From Calditrichia bacterium (GTDB taxonomy: Bacteria; Calditrichota; Calditrichia; RBG-13-44-9; J075), in NCBI GenBank assembly GCA_050633245.1, contig JBOEGD010000022.1:32001-96000 (forward strand): DNA of 64,000 nucleotides, read 5' to 3'. A program made the position numbers and the translations under genes. Shown piece by piece: positions 38,543 to 48,654 of this stretch. Each line of letters opens with the position of its first letter. The stretch's first letter is position 1. The notes under the pieces were generated by a model that saw only the letters and a list, made by a program, of their open reading frames with translations, was not told the origin of the DNA and made no database searches.

Positions 38543-39739
38543 ATGAAAATTCTGATAGCTGAAGACGAGAGCGTATCACGCTCCTTATTAATGCGCACGC
38601 TTGAAAAATGGGGCTATGAAGTCATCGCTACAGAGGATGGCGCAGCTGCTCTGGAGGCTTTTCAAAAAGAAAAGTTTTCGATTGTAATCACAGACTGGAT
38701 GATGCCAAAAATGGATGGTATTGAACTGGTTAGAAATATTCGCAGCCTAGATTGTTCAGATTACGTCTATGTAATTATGCTTACCGCAAAGTCAGATAAG
38801 GAAGATTTAGTTGAAGGTATGAATGCCGGGGCCGACGACTTTGTCTCCAAACCGTTCGACAAAGATGAACTGCGAGTCCGCATTAGTGCCGGTAAACGGG
38901 TTATCGGACTTGAAAAAGACCTGTCTAAACGCAACAAAGATCTTGAAGATGCAAATCAGCGTATGCGAGTAGATCTCGAAGCAGCCGCTCAGATACAGAA
39001 AGCACTGCTTCCCGACAGCGCCCCGGAAACGGATGAGGTGCAGATCGCATGGAAGTTTTTTCCCTGTGATGAACTTGCCGGAGATATTCTTAATGTGTTT
39101 AAGCTGTCTGAAAAAGAACTGGGCTTTTATGTGCTCGATGTGAGCGGACACGGAGTGCCTGCAGCCTTGTTAGCCGTTACGCTGAGCAGAATGCTTTCTC
39201 CTGTAGCAGATGAAGCATCTCTCTTGTACTCGACGAACGGCACGCCGGGAAAAGCCGTGCGCCCTCCGCTTGATGTGGCCACTCAACTCAATAAACGATT
39301 TCAGGTAGATGCGCAACATGGGCAATATTTCACGTTCTTATACGGAATGTATGATAGAGAGAATCGAAAAATTCGCTATGTCTCTGCAGGGCATCCCGGA
39401 GTGGTATTCGCTTCGAAGGAAACCGGTGTAAAAATTCTGGAAGTGCCTTCCCTTCCAATAGGATTTATGGAAGAAACCATCTACGAAGAAGCAATTATCG
39501 ATATGAAGCCGGGAGATCGAATCTATATTTATTCCGACGGCATCCCCGAGGCTGAAGGAGCCGAAAGCGAACTCTTTGGCAAAGAGCGAATGATAAGTTC
39601 GTTGAATAAAACACTTGATATGACCATTGAAGAAAGCCTTGATGTATTATTAGCTGATGTGGAAAGCTTTACCGTTGCCGACACGTTTCGAGACGATGTT
39701 TCGCTTCTTGGTATAGAAATAAAAGAACTAGATGAATAA
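38543..39739 (+). CDS. Response regulator receiver + PP2C/SpoIIE phosphatase (RsbU-like)
   Basis: KILIAED...DWMMP receiver domain; AGD, DVSGHG, SAGHP, YSDGI and DDVS motifs. Confidence 0.94.
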   Translation: MKILIAEDESVSRSLLMRTLEKWGYEVIATEDGAAALEAFQKEKFSIVITDWMMPKMDGIELVRNIRSLDCSDYVYVIMLTAKSDKEDLVEGMNAGADDFVSKPFDKDELRVRISAGKRVIGLEKDLSKRNKDLEDANQRMRVDLEAAAQIQKALLPDSAPETDEVQIAWKFFPCDELAGDILNVFKLSEKELGFYVLDVSGHGVPAALLAVTLSRMLSPVADEASLLYSTNGTPGKAVRPPLDVATQLNKRFQVDAQHGQYFTFLYGMYDRENRKIRYVSAGHPGVVFASKETGVKILEVPSLPIGFMEETIYEEAIIDMKPGDRIYIYSDGIPEAEGAESELFGKERMISSLNKTLDMTIEESLDVLLADVESFTVADTFRDDVSLLGIEIKELDE

Positions 39740-39756
39740 GTAAGGATGACTATATA

Positions 39757-41322
39757 ATGAGTATATCAGAAAGGGTAGATACAAACGTGTTCACTGAAAG
39801 CGACCTTCGTCAGTTTGCCGCCCGCGGTATCGACCCGGATGTTGTTTCCAGCCAGCTCAAGACGTTTGAGAAAGGTATTCCTTTTGCCGCCCTTCTCCGT
39901 AGTTGTACTCCCGGTGATGGTATCGTCGAGCTGCAGCAGGAGGACCTGAAACGCTATGAAAAAGAATTTGCTGCAGTTGTTGCGGAGGGTCGCGTGCAAA
40001 AATTTGTTCCTGCTTCTGGTGCAGCCAGCCGTATGTTTAGGCAGCTGCTTGCAAGCTATGAACAATTACTTATGCCTGATGAAAATAATGCCTCCGATGA
40101 TCTTCAAAAGCTACACACTTTCATTGAAAAGCTCCCTGAGTTTGCCTTCTATGATGTATTGAAAGCGCGTATTGATGCAACGGGTGAAACGCTTGAGAAT
40201 CTGCTTGAAAAAAAAGCCTATCATAAAATACTTGCCGCCCTGTTGGACAAGGAAGGCCTGGACTATCGCAATTTGCCCAAGGGAATGGTTGCATTTCACA
40301 CCTATAAAGATGGTACTACACGAAACCCGATTGAAGAACATCTTGTTGAAGCGGTTGAATATGCCCGTGCAAGTGATGGAACCACACGCCTTCACTTCAC
40401 AGTTCCCGCCGTGCATCTGGAAACGATTCGCAGCTGTGTTAACGAATTTGCTGCCAACTATGATGATGTTAACTTTCTGGTTACTTATTCGATTCAAAAA
40501 CCGTCTACAGATACAATTGCGGTTGACTCCGAAAATCGTCCCTTTCGCAATCCTGATGGTATGCTTCTTTTTCGTCCCGGTGGACATGGTGCATTGCTCG
40601 AAAATTTGAATGATCTTAAAGGGGATGTTGTCTTCATCAAAAACATAGACAATGTCGTTCCAGATCATCTAAAGGCGGATACCTACCGCTACAAAAAAGC
40701 TCTCGGTGGATACCTTGCAAATTTACAGGCTGAGATGTTCGGTTATCTTCACCGTCTGGAAGAAAACGAGGTATCTGAAGCCGAATGCACTGGTATTCAG
40801 CTGTTTGCCGAGCAGAAATTGGGAATAACCTTTCCAGAAGACTTTTCTACTCTTGCTCACAATGAAAAATGCAATCAGCTTTTTTCGCGTCTTAATCGTC
40901 CGCTTCGCATTTGCGGAATGGTGCGTAATGAAGGGGAACCTGGTGGTGGGCCGTTTTGGATTCGAGATTCTCACGGTGATATTACCGCGCAAATTGTAGA
41001 GTCTTCACAGATTGACATAAGCGATACTACGCAGTTAGAGATTGTTCAAAGCTCTACCCACTTTAACCCGGTAGACCTGATCTGTGGCGTTCGAAACTAC
41101 CGCGGTAAGCTATTTCACCTGCCTCAATTTGCCGACCCGACAACCGGCTTTATTTCAAAGAAATCGAAAAGTGGCAGAGAGCTTAAGGCATTAGAGCTTC
41201 CGGGGCTTTGGAACGGTGCCATGGCTTTTTGGAATACGGTTTTTGTAGAAGTGCCAATTTCTACCTTCAGTCCGGTGAAAACGGTGTTCGACTTGCTTAG
41301 GGCGACACACCAGCCTGAATAA
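39757..41322 (+). CDS. DUF4301 family protein
   Basis: KFVPASGAASRMF, FRPGGHGALLENLN, IKNIDNV, GEPGGGPFW, HFNPVD and ELPGLWNG motifs. Confidence 0.92.
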   Translation: MSISERVDTNVFTESDLRQFAARGIDPDVVSSQLKTFEKGIPFAALLRSCTPGDGIVELQQEDLKRYEKEFAAVVAEGRVQKFVPASGAASRMFRQLLASYEQLLMPDENNASDDLQKLHTFIEKLPEFAFYDVLKARIDATGETLENLLEKKAYHKILAALLDKEGLDYRNLPKGMVAFHTYKDGTTRNPIEEHLVEAVEYARASDGTTRLHFTVPAVHLETIRSCVNEFAANYDDVNFLVTYSIQKPSTDTIAVDSENRPFRNPDGMLLFRPGGHGALLENLNDLKGDVVFIKNIDNVVPDHLKADTYRYKKALGGYLANLQAEMFGYLHRLEENEVSEAECTGIQLFAEQKLGITFPEDFSTLAHNEKCNQLFSRLNRPLRICGMVRNEGEPGGGPFWIRDSHGDITAQIVESSQIDISDTTQLEIVQSSTHFNPVDLICGVRNYRGKLFHLPQFADPTTGFISKKSKSGRELKALELPGLWNGAMAFWNTVFVEVPISTFSPVKTVFDLLRATHQPE

Positions 41323-41532
41323 TTACCTTTCACAGAATGAACATGTAAAGATGTTGCACGAATCTACCGGATTAGGTGCGACATCTTTGCATACTCGCGC
41401 AAATTGTTCGCAGTTCCTTTCCGCAAACCCTCTGCAATTTCCTATCAAACTGTAACAAAAATAACGGTTTTGGGGCGCTAATAGAACGGATCTTACTTCC
41501 ATAAAGCTTCTTTCGAGAAAAAAATGAACTTC

Positions 41533-41547
41533 TGGCAAACTGTTTGC
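41533..41547 (+). promoter_or_regulatory. Putative sigma54 promoter
   Basis: TGGCAA-ACTGT-TTGC about 100 nt upstream of the lipoprotein gene. Confidence 0.45.
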
Positions 41548-41650
41548 CTATAATACATATCTGAATTATGTTCCATTTTTGCTCCGAGTCTGAGGAGGCT
41601 CTCACTGTAAGCTGTTAACCGTGTCTTTATTACCAATAGGATCCAACTTT

Positions 41651-43756
41651 ATGATGCGACTGAAAACTGCGTTGCCACTATTATTGGCAGCGATATTGTT
41701 ATTTGTAGCCTGCGAACTAAAAGAACCTGTATTGCCAACCTATCGCCTTAATGCTTCTCTTCCATTTGCAATTGAGAACTTTATCCTTGGTGAAGAAATT
41801 AAAACCAATGAGAATGTTACAATTGAGTCTGTCGGACCAGATTCAATATTAAGTGTGGCGATTAACGGCGATATCGAGCGCGTTGAAATTATGCCTGAAG
41901 ATTTTAGTTTGGCTCCGGTTGATAGTAGCGGGGAATTCTCACTGGGCGATATTCGCCTCGATAGTCTGGGCACGCTGCAATTAGCCTCAATACCGCTTGG
42001 CCAGATCTGGCCTGAGCTAAATAGCCTGATTGGCTTAACAATTACTATTCCCGATACTACCATTGGCGGACTTTCTGCACTCGTTCAATCCGAGGTATTT
42101 GAAAGTATCAGCTTTCTTAGCGGAACTGCAAGAGTTCGGGTGATCAATGATTTACCGTTTACCATCGGCCCCAACAACTCCAGTAATGGTTTGGAGGCTA
42201 CTGTTCGCAGCGAGAATCAGCCCGGTGGCGACCAGGTTCAGGTGCTTTTTGCCGACCCCATACCTGCCGGTCAAACCCGAGAAGCAACGGAGGACGTTGC
42301 CGGCAAGACGCTGGAAATACCACTGCGAGCACTATACAATTTCCCGGTTGTCGGACCGTTCCAACTGGAAATTACTCAGGACTTGCTGGACAATCGCGGC
42401 ATCGTTCTGGAAATAGAGATCGAAAATGTGCAGGCCAATGAAGTGCGAGCCCGTTTGGAATCTCAAGCACTTGATGATACCATTAGCATTGGGTACGACG
42501 ACGAAACTCGATTGCGCGAAGCCGTCGTGAACCGCGGACGCTTCTTCTTAAACTTCGATAGCTTCCTGCCGCTTGACGCAGATGTGGATTATGTAATTCC
42601 TGCGATACTCGACGCGCAGGGGCAACCATTTCGAGAAAACTTGTTTATCGATGCAAACGGTAGTCAAAGCCGTGAGATTGTACTCGATGGGTTTCGCATT
42701 GTCAATCCGGATGCACCGGGCGAATTGATCGATAGCCTTCAAGTGATTCTTGTCGGGCAGACGCTTGCTGCGTCGGAAGTTGTGAGTGTAACGAACAGAG
42801 ATAGTATTACGATAACAATAATGAGCGATAGCCTGTTTTTCGATTCGTTCTCCGGCTTTATATCGGAAAATGAGCTGGAGATAGATCCATTTGGCGAAGG
42901 TGATTTGGTAGACTATGAAGATTTTGCAGAAGGTGGAATTGAGCTCGCAGCTGCCGAACTGATTCTGTCGATTCAAACGGATGTCTTTATTCAAAACCTT
43001 GAAGCTGATGTAGATTTGCGTGGCTATCATAGCGATGAGAATGGACAAATAACCGACTCTGCGCGAATTCTGATTACCAATCAAGTTTTTACTGCCGGCA
43101 ATGGTAGTGGGGGTATTGGTGAGACGGATATCGTACTAAACGGTCAGGATATCGTCGATTTTATAAATATTCTTCCGGACAGCATTCTTATCTTTGGTGT
43201 TGTGCGCGGAAGTGGTAATGCGAATGTTCAGGTCGGTAATTCTATTGAAGCGAGTTATCGCTTCGAAACACCTATTCGTGCTCGCATAAATGGGCTGGCT
43301 GCCTTCGAATCTGATATTGATAGCATTACTTCAGAAAATATTACTGACGATCTGCAGGATGCCGCAGAGGAAGATATCCTTGATGCTTTTCTAACGCTGA
43401 ATGTCCGCAACCGCACGCCAATTAGCGGTACATTGGACCTGGTCGTAACCGCAGATATCAGTGAAGAAAACCTGTATGACGGTGTAGCTGATACATCATT
43501 GGCAATTATTCGACAGATGTCGCTCGATAAAGCTACTATCGATCCACAAACCGGCTTCGCGACAAATGTCTTTTCCACAAGTTTGAATTTCCGATTAAAT
43601 CGACGTGAAATACAACTTCTGGGTAACCCTCCGCTACGCTATGGATATCGCGTTAAACTGGATGACACGGGTGGGTTTGTTACGTTGCGATATAGCGACT
43701 TTGTAACAGCCTCCGGCAGCGTTGGTGTAGAAATTCTTATTAAAGAAACAGAGTAA
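41651..43756 (+). CDS. Large acidic beta-rich hypothetical lipoprotein
   Basis: Lipobox LFVAC; long ORF with no recognisable catalytic motif. Confidence 0.75.
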   Translation: MMRLKTALPLLLAAILLFVACELKEPVLPTYRLNASLPFAIENFILGEEIKTNENVTIESVGPDSILSVAINGDIERVEIMPEDFSLAPVDSSGEFSLGDIRLDSLGTLQLASIPLGQIWPELNSLIGLTITIPDTTIGGLSALVQSEVFESISFLSGTARVRVINDLPFTIGPNNSSNGLEATVRSENQPGGDQVQVLFADPIPAGQTREATEDVAGKTLEIPLRALYNFPVVGPFQLEITQDLLDNRGIVLEIEIENVQANEVRARLESQALDDTISIGYDDETRLREAVVNRGRFFLNFDSFLPLDADVDYVIPAILDAQGQPFRENLFIDANGSQSREIVLDGFRIVNPDAPGELIDSLQVILVGQTLAASEVVSVTNRDSITITIMSDSLFFDSFSGFISENELEIDPFGEGDLVDYEDFAEGGIELAAAELILSIQTDVFIQNLEADVDLRGYHSDENGQITDSARILITNQVFTAGNGSGGIGETDIVLNGQDIVDFINILPDSILIFGVVRGSGNANVQVGNSIEASYRFETPIRARINGLAAFESDIDSITSENITDDLQDAAEEDILDAFLTLNVRNRTPISGTLDLVVTADISEENLYDGVADTSLAIIRQMSLDKATIDPQTGFATNVFSTSLNFRLNRREIQLLGNPPLRYGYRVKLDDTGGFVTLRYSDFVTASGSVGVEILIKETE

Positions 43757-43811
43757 AACTTTACATTGCCTTGCACACTAAATACGAATACTTACTTTTT
43801 GCGGATAGAAC

Positions 43812-45098
43812 ATGACACGAACCTGTATTTTACTTTTCTCGCTCCTTATTTGTGCCAACGGTCTGCTTGCTCAGCAACAAATCGATGCTCGTGCAGCAGG
43901 AATGGCATTTAGTACTGCTGCTTCTGCACGTGGCTTGAGCAGCGTTGGTGTAAATCCGGCGGCCCTTGGATTAAAAACGCCATATAACTATGAACTGAAT
44001 CTTTTTTCCGGCATTGGTGGCTTTAACAATAATAGCTTTACCAAAGATCAATACGATCGCTATTTCACGACAGGTGATGAGCTGTTCGATGCAGATATTG
44101 AAGACATTTTGAATAGTATCGACGAAGAGGGAGTGCGTGCCGATGTCGATGGCCGTGCTACAGCTTTGGCCATTTATGCCGGCAACATTAGCCTGTCTTT
44201 TTTTGCGCAGGGAACGGGCTACCTGAATATTCCCAAAGCTGCGTTTGAGTTGCCGCTGCAGGGAAACAGCGGTACTGGCCGGGTATACGACTTTGATAAT
44301 GCTGATGGAAACGGTTGGATTGGCTTCGGTATGAAAATGGGTGGCGGACTACCTTTGCCAGTTGAAAATGTTAGCTGGTTGGATGAAATGGCGCTCGGCT
44401 TAAATCTGACTCTTTTCTCTGCTGAAGAATATGGCGGTATCGAAAAGGGAACTGGTAGACTCGAAGACTATGATTTGACAAATAATCAGCCCTTTATAAA
44501 TGTTGATGCAGAGTTAAATACCCGAGAGTCTGCTGGTGGCAGAGGACTTGGGGTAGACGCCGGGTTTATTATGGTGGTATCGAAAAAGCTGACTTTTGGT
44601 GTGGCATTGAACAATGCTTTTTCGCAGGTAAGCTGGACAGAGCGCAATGAAAAGCGAATTTTTATACTCTCGGCCGATAGCCTGAGTTTGCCTAACCGGG
44701 TTTCTGATAGTCTGGTAACACAGACTGACTCAACCTTCCTTATTGACGATTTCGATACCAATTTGCCTCGCGTATTGGACGTTGCTTTGGGATTTCAGCC
44801 AAATGAAAAAGTGAATCTTTCGGTAGAATACGAGCAGGGGTTTGATAAAAACATGGGCGGAACGAAAAAACCGCGTCTTGGAATTGGTGTTGAGGTTTGC
44901 CCGATAAAACAGGTGCCGTTACGGGCGGGCCTTAGCATGGGCGGTAAAACAGGAACTTCATTGGCGCTTGGCCTTGGCCTGGATCTAAAGTATTGGATTT
45001 TGGATGTCGCGTTCCTAAACCATGCCGGTAGCGTGTTGATTCCATCGAAAGAGAGCAAAGGGATTACGTTGGCTGCTACTACACGTTTCCGTTTTTAG
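43812..45098 (+). CDS. Outer-membrane beta-barrel, DUF5723/PorV-FadL-like
   Basis: Signal peptide; ARAAGMA and NPAALG motifs; alternating strands; terminal FRF. Confidence 0.75.
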   Translation: MTRTCILLFSLLICANGLLAQQQIDARAAGMAFSTAASARGLSSVGVNPAALGLKTPYNYELNLFSGIGGFNNNSFTKDQYDRYFTTGDELFDADIEDILNSIDEEGVRADVDGRATALAIYAGNISLSFFAQGTGYLNIPKAAFELPLQGNSGTGRVYDFDNADGNGWIGFGMKMGGGLPLPVENVSWLDEMALGLNLTLFSAEEYGGIEKGTGRLEDYDLTNNQPFINVDAELNTRESAGGRGLGVDAGFIMVVSKKLTFGVALNNAFSQVSWTERNEKRIFILSADSLSLPNRVSDSLVTQTDSTFLIDDFDTNLPRVLDVALGFQPNEKVNLSVEYEQGFDKNMGGTKKPRLGIGVEVCPIKQVPLRAGLSMGGKTGTSLALGLGLDLKYWILDVAFLNHAGSVLIPSKESKGITLAATTRFRF

Positions 45099-45108
45099 TT
45101 GGAGAAGA

Positions 45109-45134
45109 GTAACGTGGGTCAAGACCCACGTTAC
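45109..45134. terminator. Perfect palindrome between convergent genes
   Basis: gtaacgtgggtc-aa-gacccacgttac. Confidence 0.7.
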
Positions 45135-45161
45135 AACTTTGTGTTCTGAGGTCTGTAGTTT

Positions 45162-47006
45162 TTACTTCACCAGCATCATCTTCTGCGTTTGCACATTGCC
45201 GTTCATGCTGAGCTGCGCATAATAAACGCCGCTTGTTGCAACGACACCGTTGGCGCCAGAACCATTCCACTCAACTTTATAGCTTCCTGCTGCCAGGCGC
45301 TCATTCACCAGCGTGAGGACTTTCTGTCCCAAGCTGTTGAAAATAGTCAGTGTTACCGGACTATTCAGATTGTTATCTGCCGGAACGTCGAAGCGTAGCG
45401 TCGTGCTTGGGTTAAACGGGTTCGGATAATTGCTGTGCAGTGCCAGCGTTTTGATAAGTCCGCCTTCAATCGGCTCAACACCGAGAACCACATCAACATC
45501 ACCAAGATCACGCGGGAGAATCTGATAGCCTTCGGTGTAGGGAGGAGAATTGTCGAACTGTGTCAGGATTCCCTGTACATTCACCGGCCATGCTGGCTCG
45601 GCAGACCCGTCGATGTCTGTATCGCTGTCAACGCGCAAAGTATACACGTTCGTACCTCCATCGTCGGTAATCTCAACATTTGCATTGTTATCTACTGCCG
45701 GCCACGGATCGGCAGCGCCGGTATTGGTTACACCTGCAATTGCAACCAGCTGACCCTCTAGGCCTTCGGAATTGCCGCCATTCAAATCAGCGAGAGTTGC
45801 TGTAACCGGCCCGGGCTCGGTTGCCGCACCATTGTCGATGATGTCTGCTGTTAGATCGTTCGGGATGATTTCGCCCTTGCCGTTAAACTGCGCAATAGTT
45901 CCAATAACGGTGTAGCTATTTCCACGCGTCATCGAAAAAGTAGAGTCCAGACCAAAAGCAAAAACATTTGTTCCGCCGGTTGCATCCTGCATGTATACAT
46001 CAACATTGGTTGCCGAGAACACGCCGGTAGCAACAGTCAAAACACCCGTCAGACGGGCAGACAGACCAAGATATATCAAGTTACCGTCGGAGTCATCATC
46101 CATTGCTGTTCCGATCGGTGTCGTTCCTGCCAGAAAACCAAAGCTAGGGCTTTCATTCGATTGCGGAGCATCATCTTCAGCATAAACCTTGTAGGATACC
46201 AAATCGCTGTCGGTATACTCGCTGGCAGCAATCTCCGCAGCGTAATTGTCTGTTGAAATCTCGGTCATCGCTACTTGTTGCTCGCTGCCGCTATTAATCG
46301 TGTATCGCAATTGAACGGCGGTAACATCACTGTCATCAGTAACGGTCGCGCTAACGGTTACATTCTCGCTTGCCAGTGGAACAAACGGCATGCGGGTAAT
46401 ACCAGAAATCAGTGGTGGCGGATCGCCGCCCAGAACCTGACCGTGTGCTGCATTGATCGCTCCGGGAGAGATAGCTGCAACGTCGACTGCAAAATATTGA
46501 TCCTGATTGCCACTGTCGAAGCCATTGGCAACACGACCTACGCTGTTGTCGGAAAAGTCTTCGGCGGTAATGGCCATTCCGGCAGTGAAATCCGGATTGT
46601 TGCCAAGAACACCTTCGTAGGAAATTCCGTCTACAACGGTACCATTAAGCTTCAGTAATATTCCGTCAGGCGAGCCATTTTGTACCGCATTGGCAATCCA
46701 GCCGGATGGCGTAAAGTCTACATTTGCAACATTCGTAGAACCAATTACCAGAAAACCGAAACCACTCTCGTTGTCACTTGGAATAGTCTGACCGGCAAGG
46801 TCAACAGTATTGTAAATGCTACCATTGTTTCCATTAACCAATTCCAGTGTGTAACCGGAAAGATCCGTGCCGTCCGGGCCAACCAGCTCAACGAATTCTG
46901 CTTCGTCAGTTCCCGGCTGATCATAATCAACCTCATTAATGTACACCTGAGCTGAAAGGGCTGCACTTAACATCAGCACCATCAGGCTGGTAAAGATTGT
47001 TTTCAT
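45162..47006 (-). CDS. Secreted lamin-tail + Ig-like + OB-fold protein with T9SS type A-like CTD
   Basis: YINEVDYD..GTD..EFVEL (LTD); YMQDATGG.NVF...GTIAQFNG..EI and EGQLV...ITDDG...LRVD (OB pair); SNYPNPFNPST CTD. Confidence 0.8.
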   Translation of the reverse strand: MKTIFTSLMVLMLSAALSAQVYINEVDYDQPGTDEAEFVELVGPDGTDLSGYTLELVNGNNGSIYNTVDLAGQTIPSDNESGFGFLVIGSTNVANVDFTPSGWIANAVQNGSPDGILLKLNGTVVDGISYEGVLGNNPDFTAGMAITAEDFSDNSVGRVANGFDSGNQDQYFAVDVAAISPGAINAAHGQVLGGDPPPLISGITRMPFVPLASENVTVSATVTDDSDVTAVQLRYTINSGSEQQVAMTEISTDNYAAEIAASEYTDSDLVSYKVYAEDDAPQSNESPSFGFLAGTTPIGTAMDDDSDGNLIYLGLSARLTGVLTVATGVFSATNVDVYMQDATGGTNVFAFGLDSTFSMTRGNSYTVIGTIAQFNGKGEIIPNDLTADIIDNGAATEPGPVTATLADLNGGNSEGLEGQLVAIAGVTNTGAADPWPAVDNNANVEITDDGGTNVYTLRVDSDTDIDGSAEPAWPVNVQGILTQFDNSPPYTEGYQILPRDLGDVDVVLGVEPIEGGLIKTLALHSNYPNPFNPSTTLRFDVPADNNLNSPVTLTIFNSLGQKVLTLVNERLAAGSYKVEWNGSGANGVVATSGVYYAQLSMNGNVQTQKMMLVK

Positions 47007-47235
47007 TGTTTCCTCCTAATAAATAGACAGTAATAAAAGTGAATAGTTTCGATCATTCGATTATACATACCCCTTTAGGAAGCTTAAAGAATTCAATGTC
47101 CTTTCGCAATTTGAAAATGAAACAGATCGCAGGATTCGTTATCGCGGTCTCTTTAATAAATTTCGATTTACTTCTGGTTAAACAGTGACGAACTTGTACA
47201 GAGAGAACACATTCGCAACGGCTGAGAGTTCGCCT

Positions 47236-48654
47236 ATGTCACGTAAAACGCTTCACTTGTTCATATCATTCTCTATTCCCCTGGCTGTACTTTTTATACC
47301 TGCCTCCATGATTCCGATTGAGGGTTTAACTCTTATTGAACAGCGGGTTATGGCTATCTTTGTAATGGCGACATTGCTGTGGATTTTGGAGCCGATTCCG
47401 ATCTTTTCTACTTCAGTGCTTATTATTCTTTTGGAATTGGTCGTTTTGTCGAACAAGAGCTTTATTCTTTTTCAGAATACTTCAGCAGCAGCCGATTTCG
47501 GCAGGGTCATTCCCTATGAACAGATAATGGCTACATTTGCTTCGCCCATTATTCTGCTGTTTCTGGGTGGTTTTTTCCTGGCTATGGCAGCAACAAAATA
47601 TCGTCTCGACGTAAACTTGGCGAGAGTTCTGCTGCGTCCATTCGGCGTGCGTCCCAAATGGGTGTTGCTTGGTTTGATGACCATTACCGCAGTGTTCTCA
47701 ATGTTTATGAGTAACACTGCAACTACCGCTATGATGCTGGCGTTGCTAACTCCGATACTTGCTGCCTTTGATGCAAACGACGGCGGTAAAAATGCCTTTG
47801 TATTGGGTATTCCCTTTGCCGCGAATGTGGGTGGAATTGGAACACCTATTGGAACACCGCCAAACGCAGTTGCTCTGAAGTATTTGAGTGGTGAAAATGC
47901 TATCGGGTTCGGAAGCTGGATGACGTTTGCCGTGCCATTTGTAATCGTGTTACTGTTTTTTACCTGGTTCTTATTATTGCACTTTTTTCCACCGTCAGCG
48001 CCTGAACTTAGAATGGAAATAAAAGGTTCATTCCTGAAAAACCGTAAAGCTTTGGTTGTCTACGGCACGTTTATTTTGACAATCCTGCTTTGGTTAACCG
48101 ACGCCTTTCACGGAATGAATTCCTATATCGTCGCCTTAATCCCGGTTGCTGTTTTTACCACTACCGGGATTATTACCACGGCAGATATGAAGCGAATCAG
48201 TTGGGATGTGCTGTGGCTTGTCTCCGGTGGTATCGCGCTGGGGATGGCTTTGGAGGAAAGTGGATTAGCTGCAAACCTCATTCGGAGTATTCCTTTTGAG
48301 GCCTTTCCGGCATTATCTATAGTTTTTATTACTACTCTGATCGCAATTGTCATGGCTACATTTATGAGTAATACTGCTACGGCGAATTTATTGCTGCCCA
48401 TCGTCGCCGCTTTGGGAGTAAGCCTGGGAGGGCTTGAGCCATTGGGAGGTAGTAAAATGATACTGCTCGGCGTTACCTTCGCATGTTCACTGGCGATGTC
48501 TCTGGTCATAAGTACGCCACCTAATGCGATGGCACAAGCTACCGGCCTCATTGAAAGTCGTTCGATGATGAAAAGCGGCATAATTATAGGTGTCGTGGGG
48601 CTGTGTGAAGTATATGCAATGCTTTATATCTTAAAACAGGTTGGTTTCCTGTAA
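47236..48654 (+). CDS. SLC13/DASS family anion transporter
   Basis: SMFMSNTAT, GTPIGTPPN, TFMSNTATAN and STPPNA motifs; many TM segments. Confidence 0.93.
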   Translation: MSRKTLHLFISFSIPLAVLFIPASMIPIEGLTLIEQRVMAIFVMATLLWILEPIPIFSTSVLIILLELVVLSNKSFILFQNTSAAADFGRVIPYEQIMATFASPIILLFLGGFFLAMAATKYRLDVNLARVLLRPFGVRPKWVLLGLMTITAVFSMFMSNTATTAMMLALLTPILAAFDANDGGKNAFVLGIPFAANVGGIGTPIGTPPNAVALKYLSGENAIGFGSWMTFAVPFVIVLLFFTWFLLLHFFPPSAPELRMEIKGSFLKNRKALVVYGTFILTILLWLTDAFHGMNSYIVALIPVAVFTTTGIITTADMKRISWDVLWLVSGGIALGMALEESGLAANLIRSIPFEAFPALSIVFITTLIAIVMATFMSNTATANLLLPIVAALGVSLGGLEPLGGSKMILLGVTFACSLAMSLVISTPPNAMAQATGLIESRSMMKSGIIIGVVGLCEVYAMLYILKQVGFL

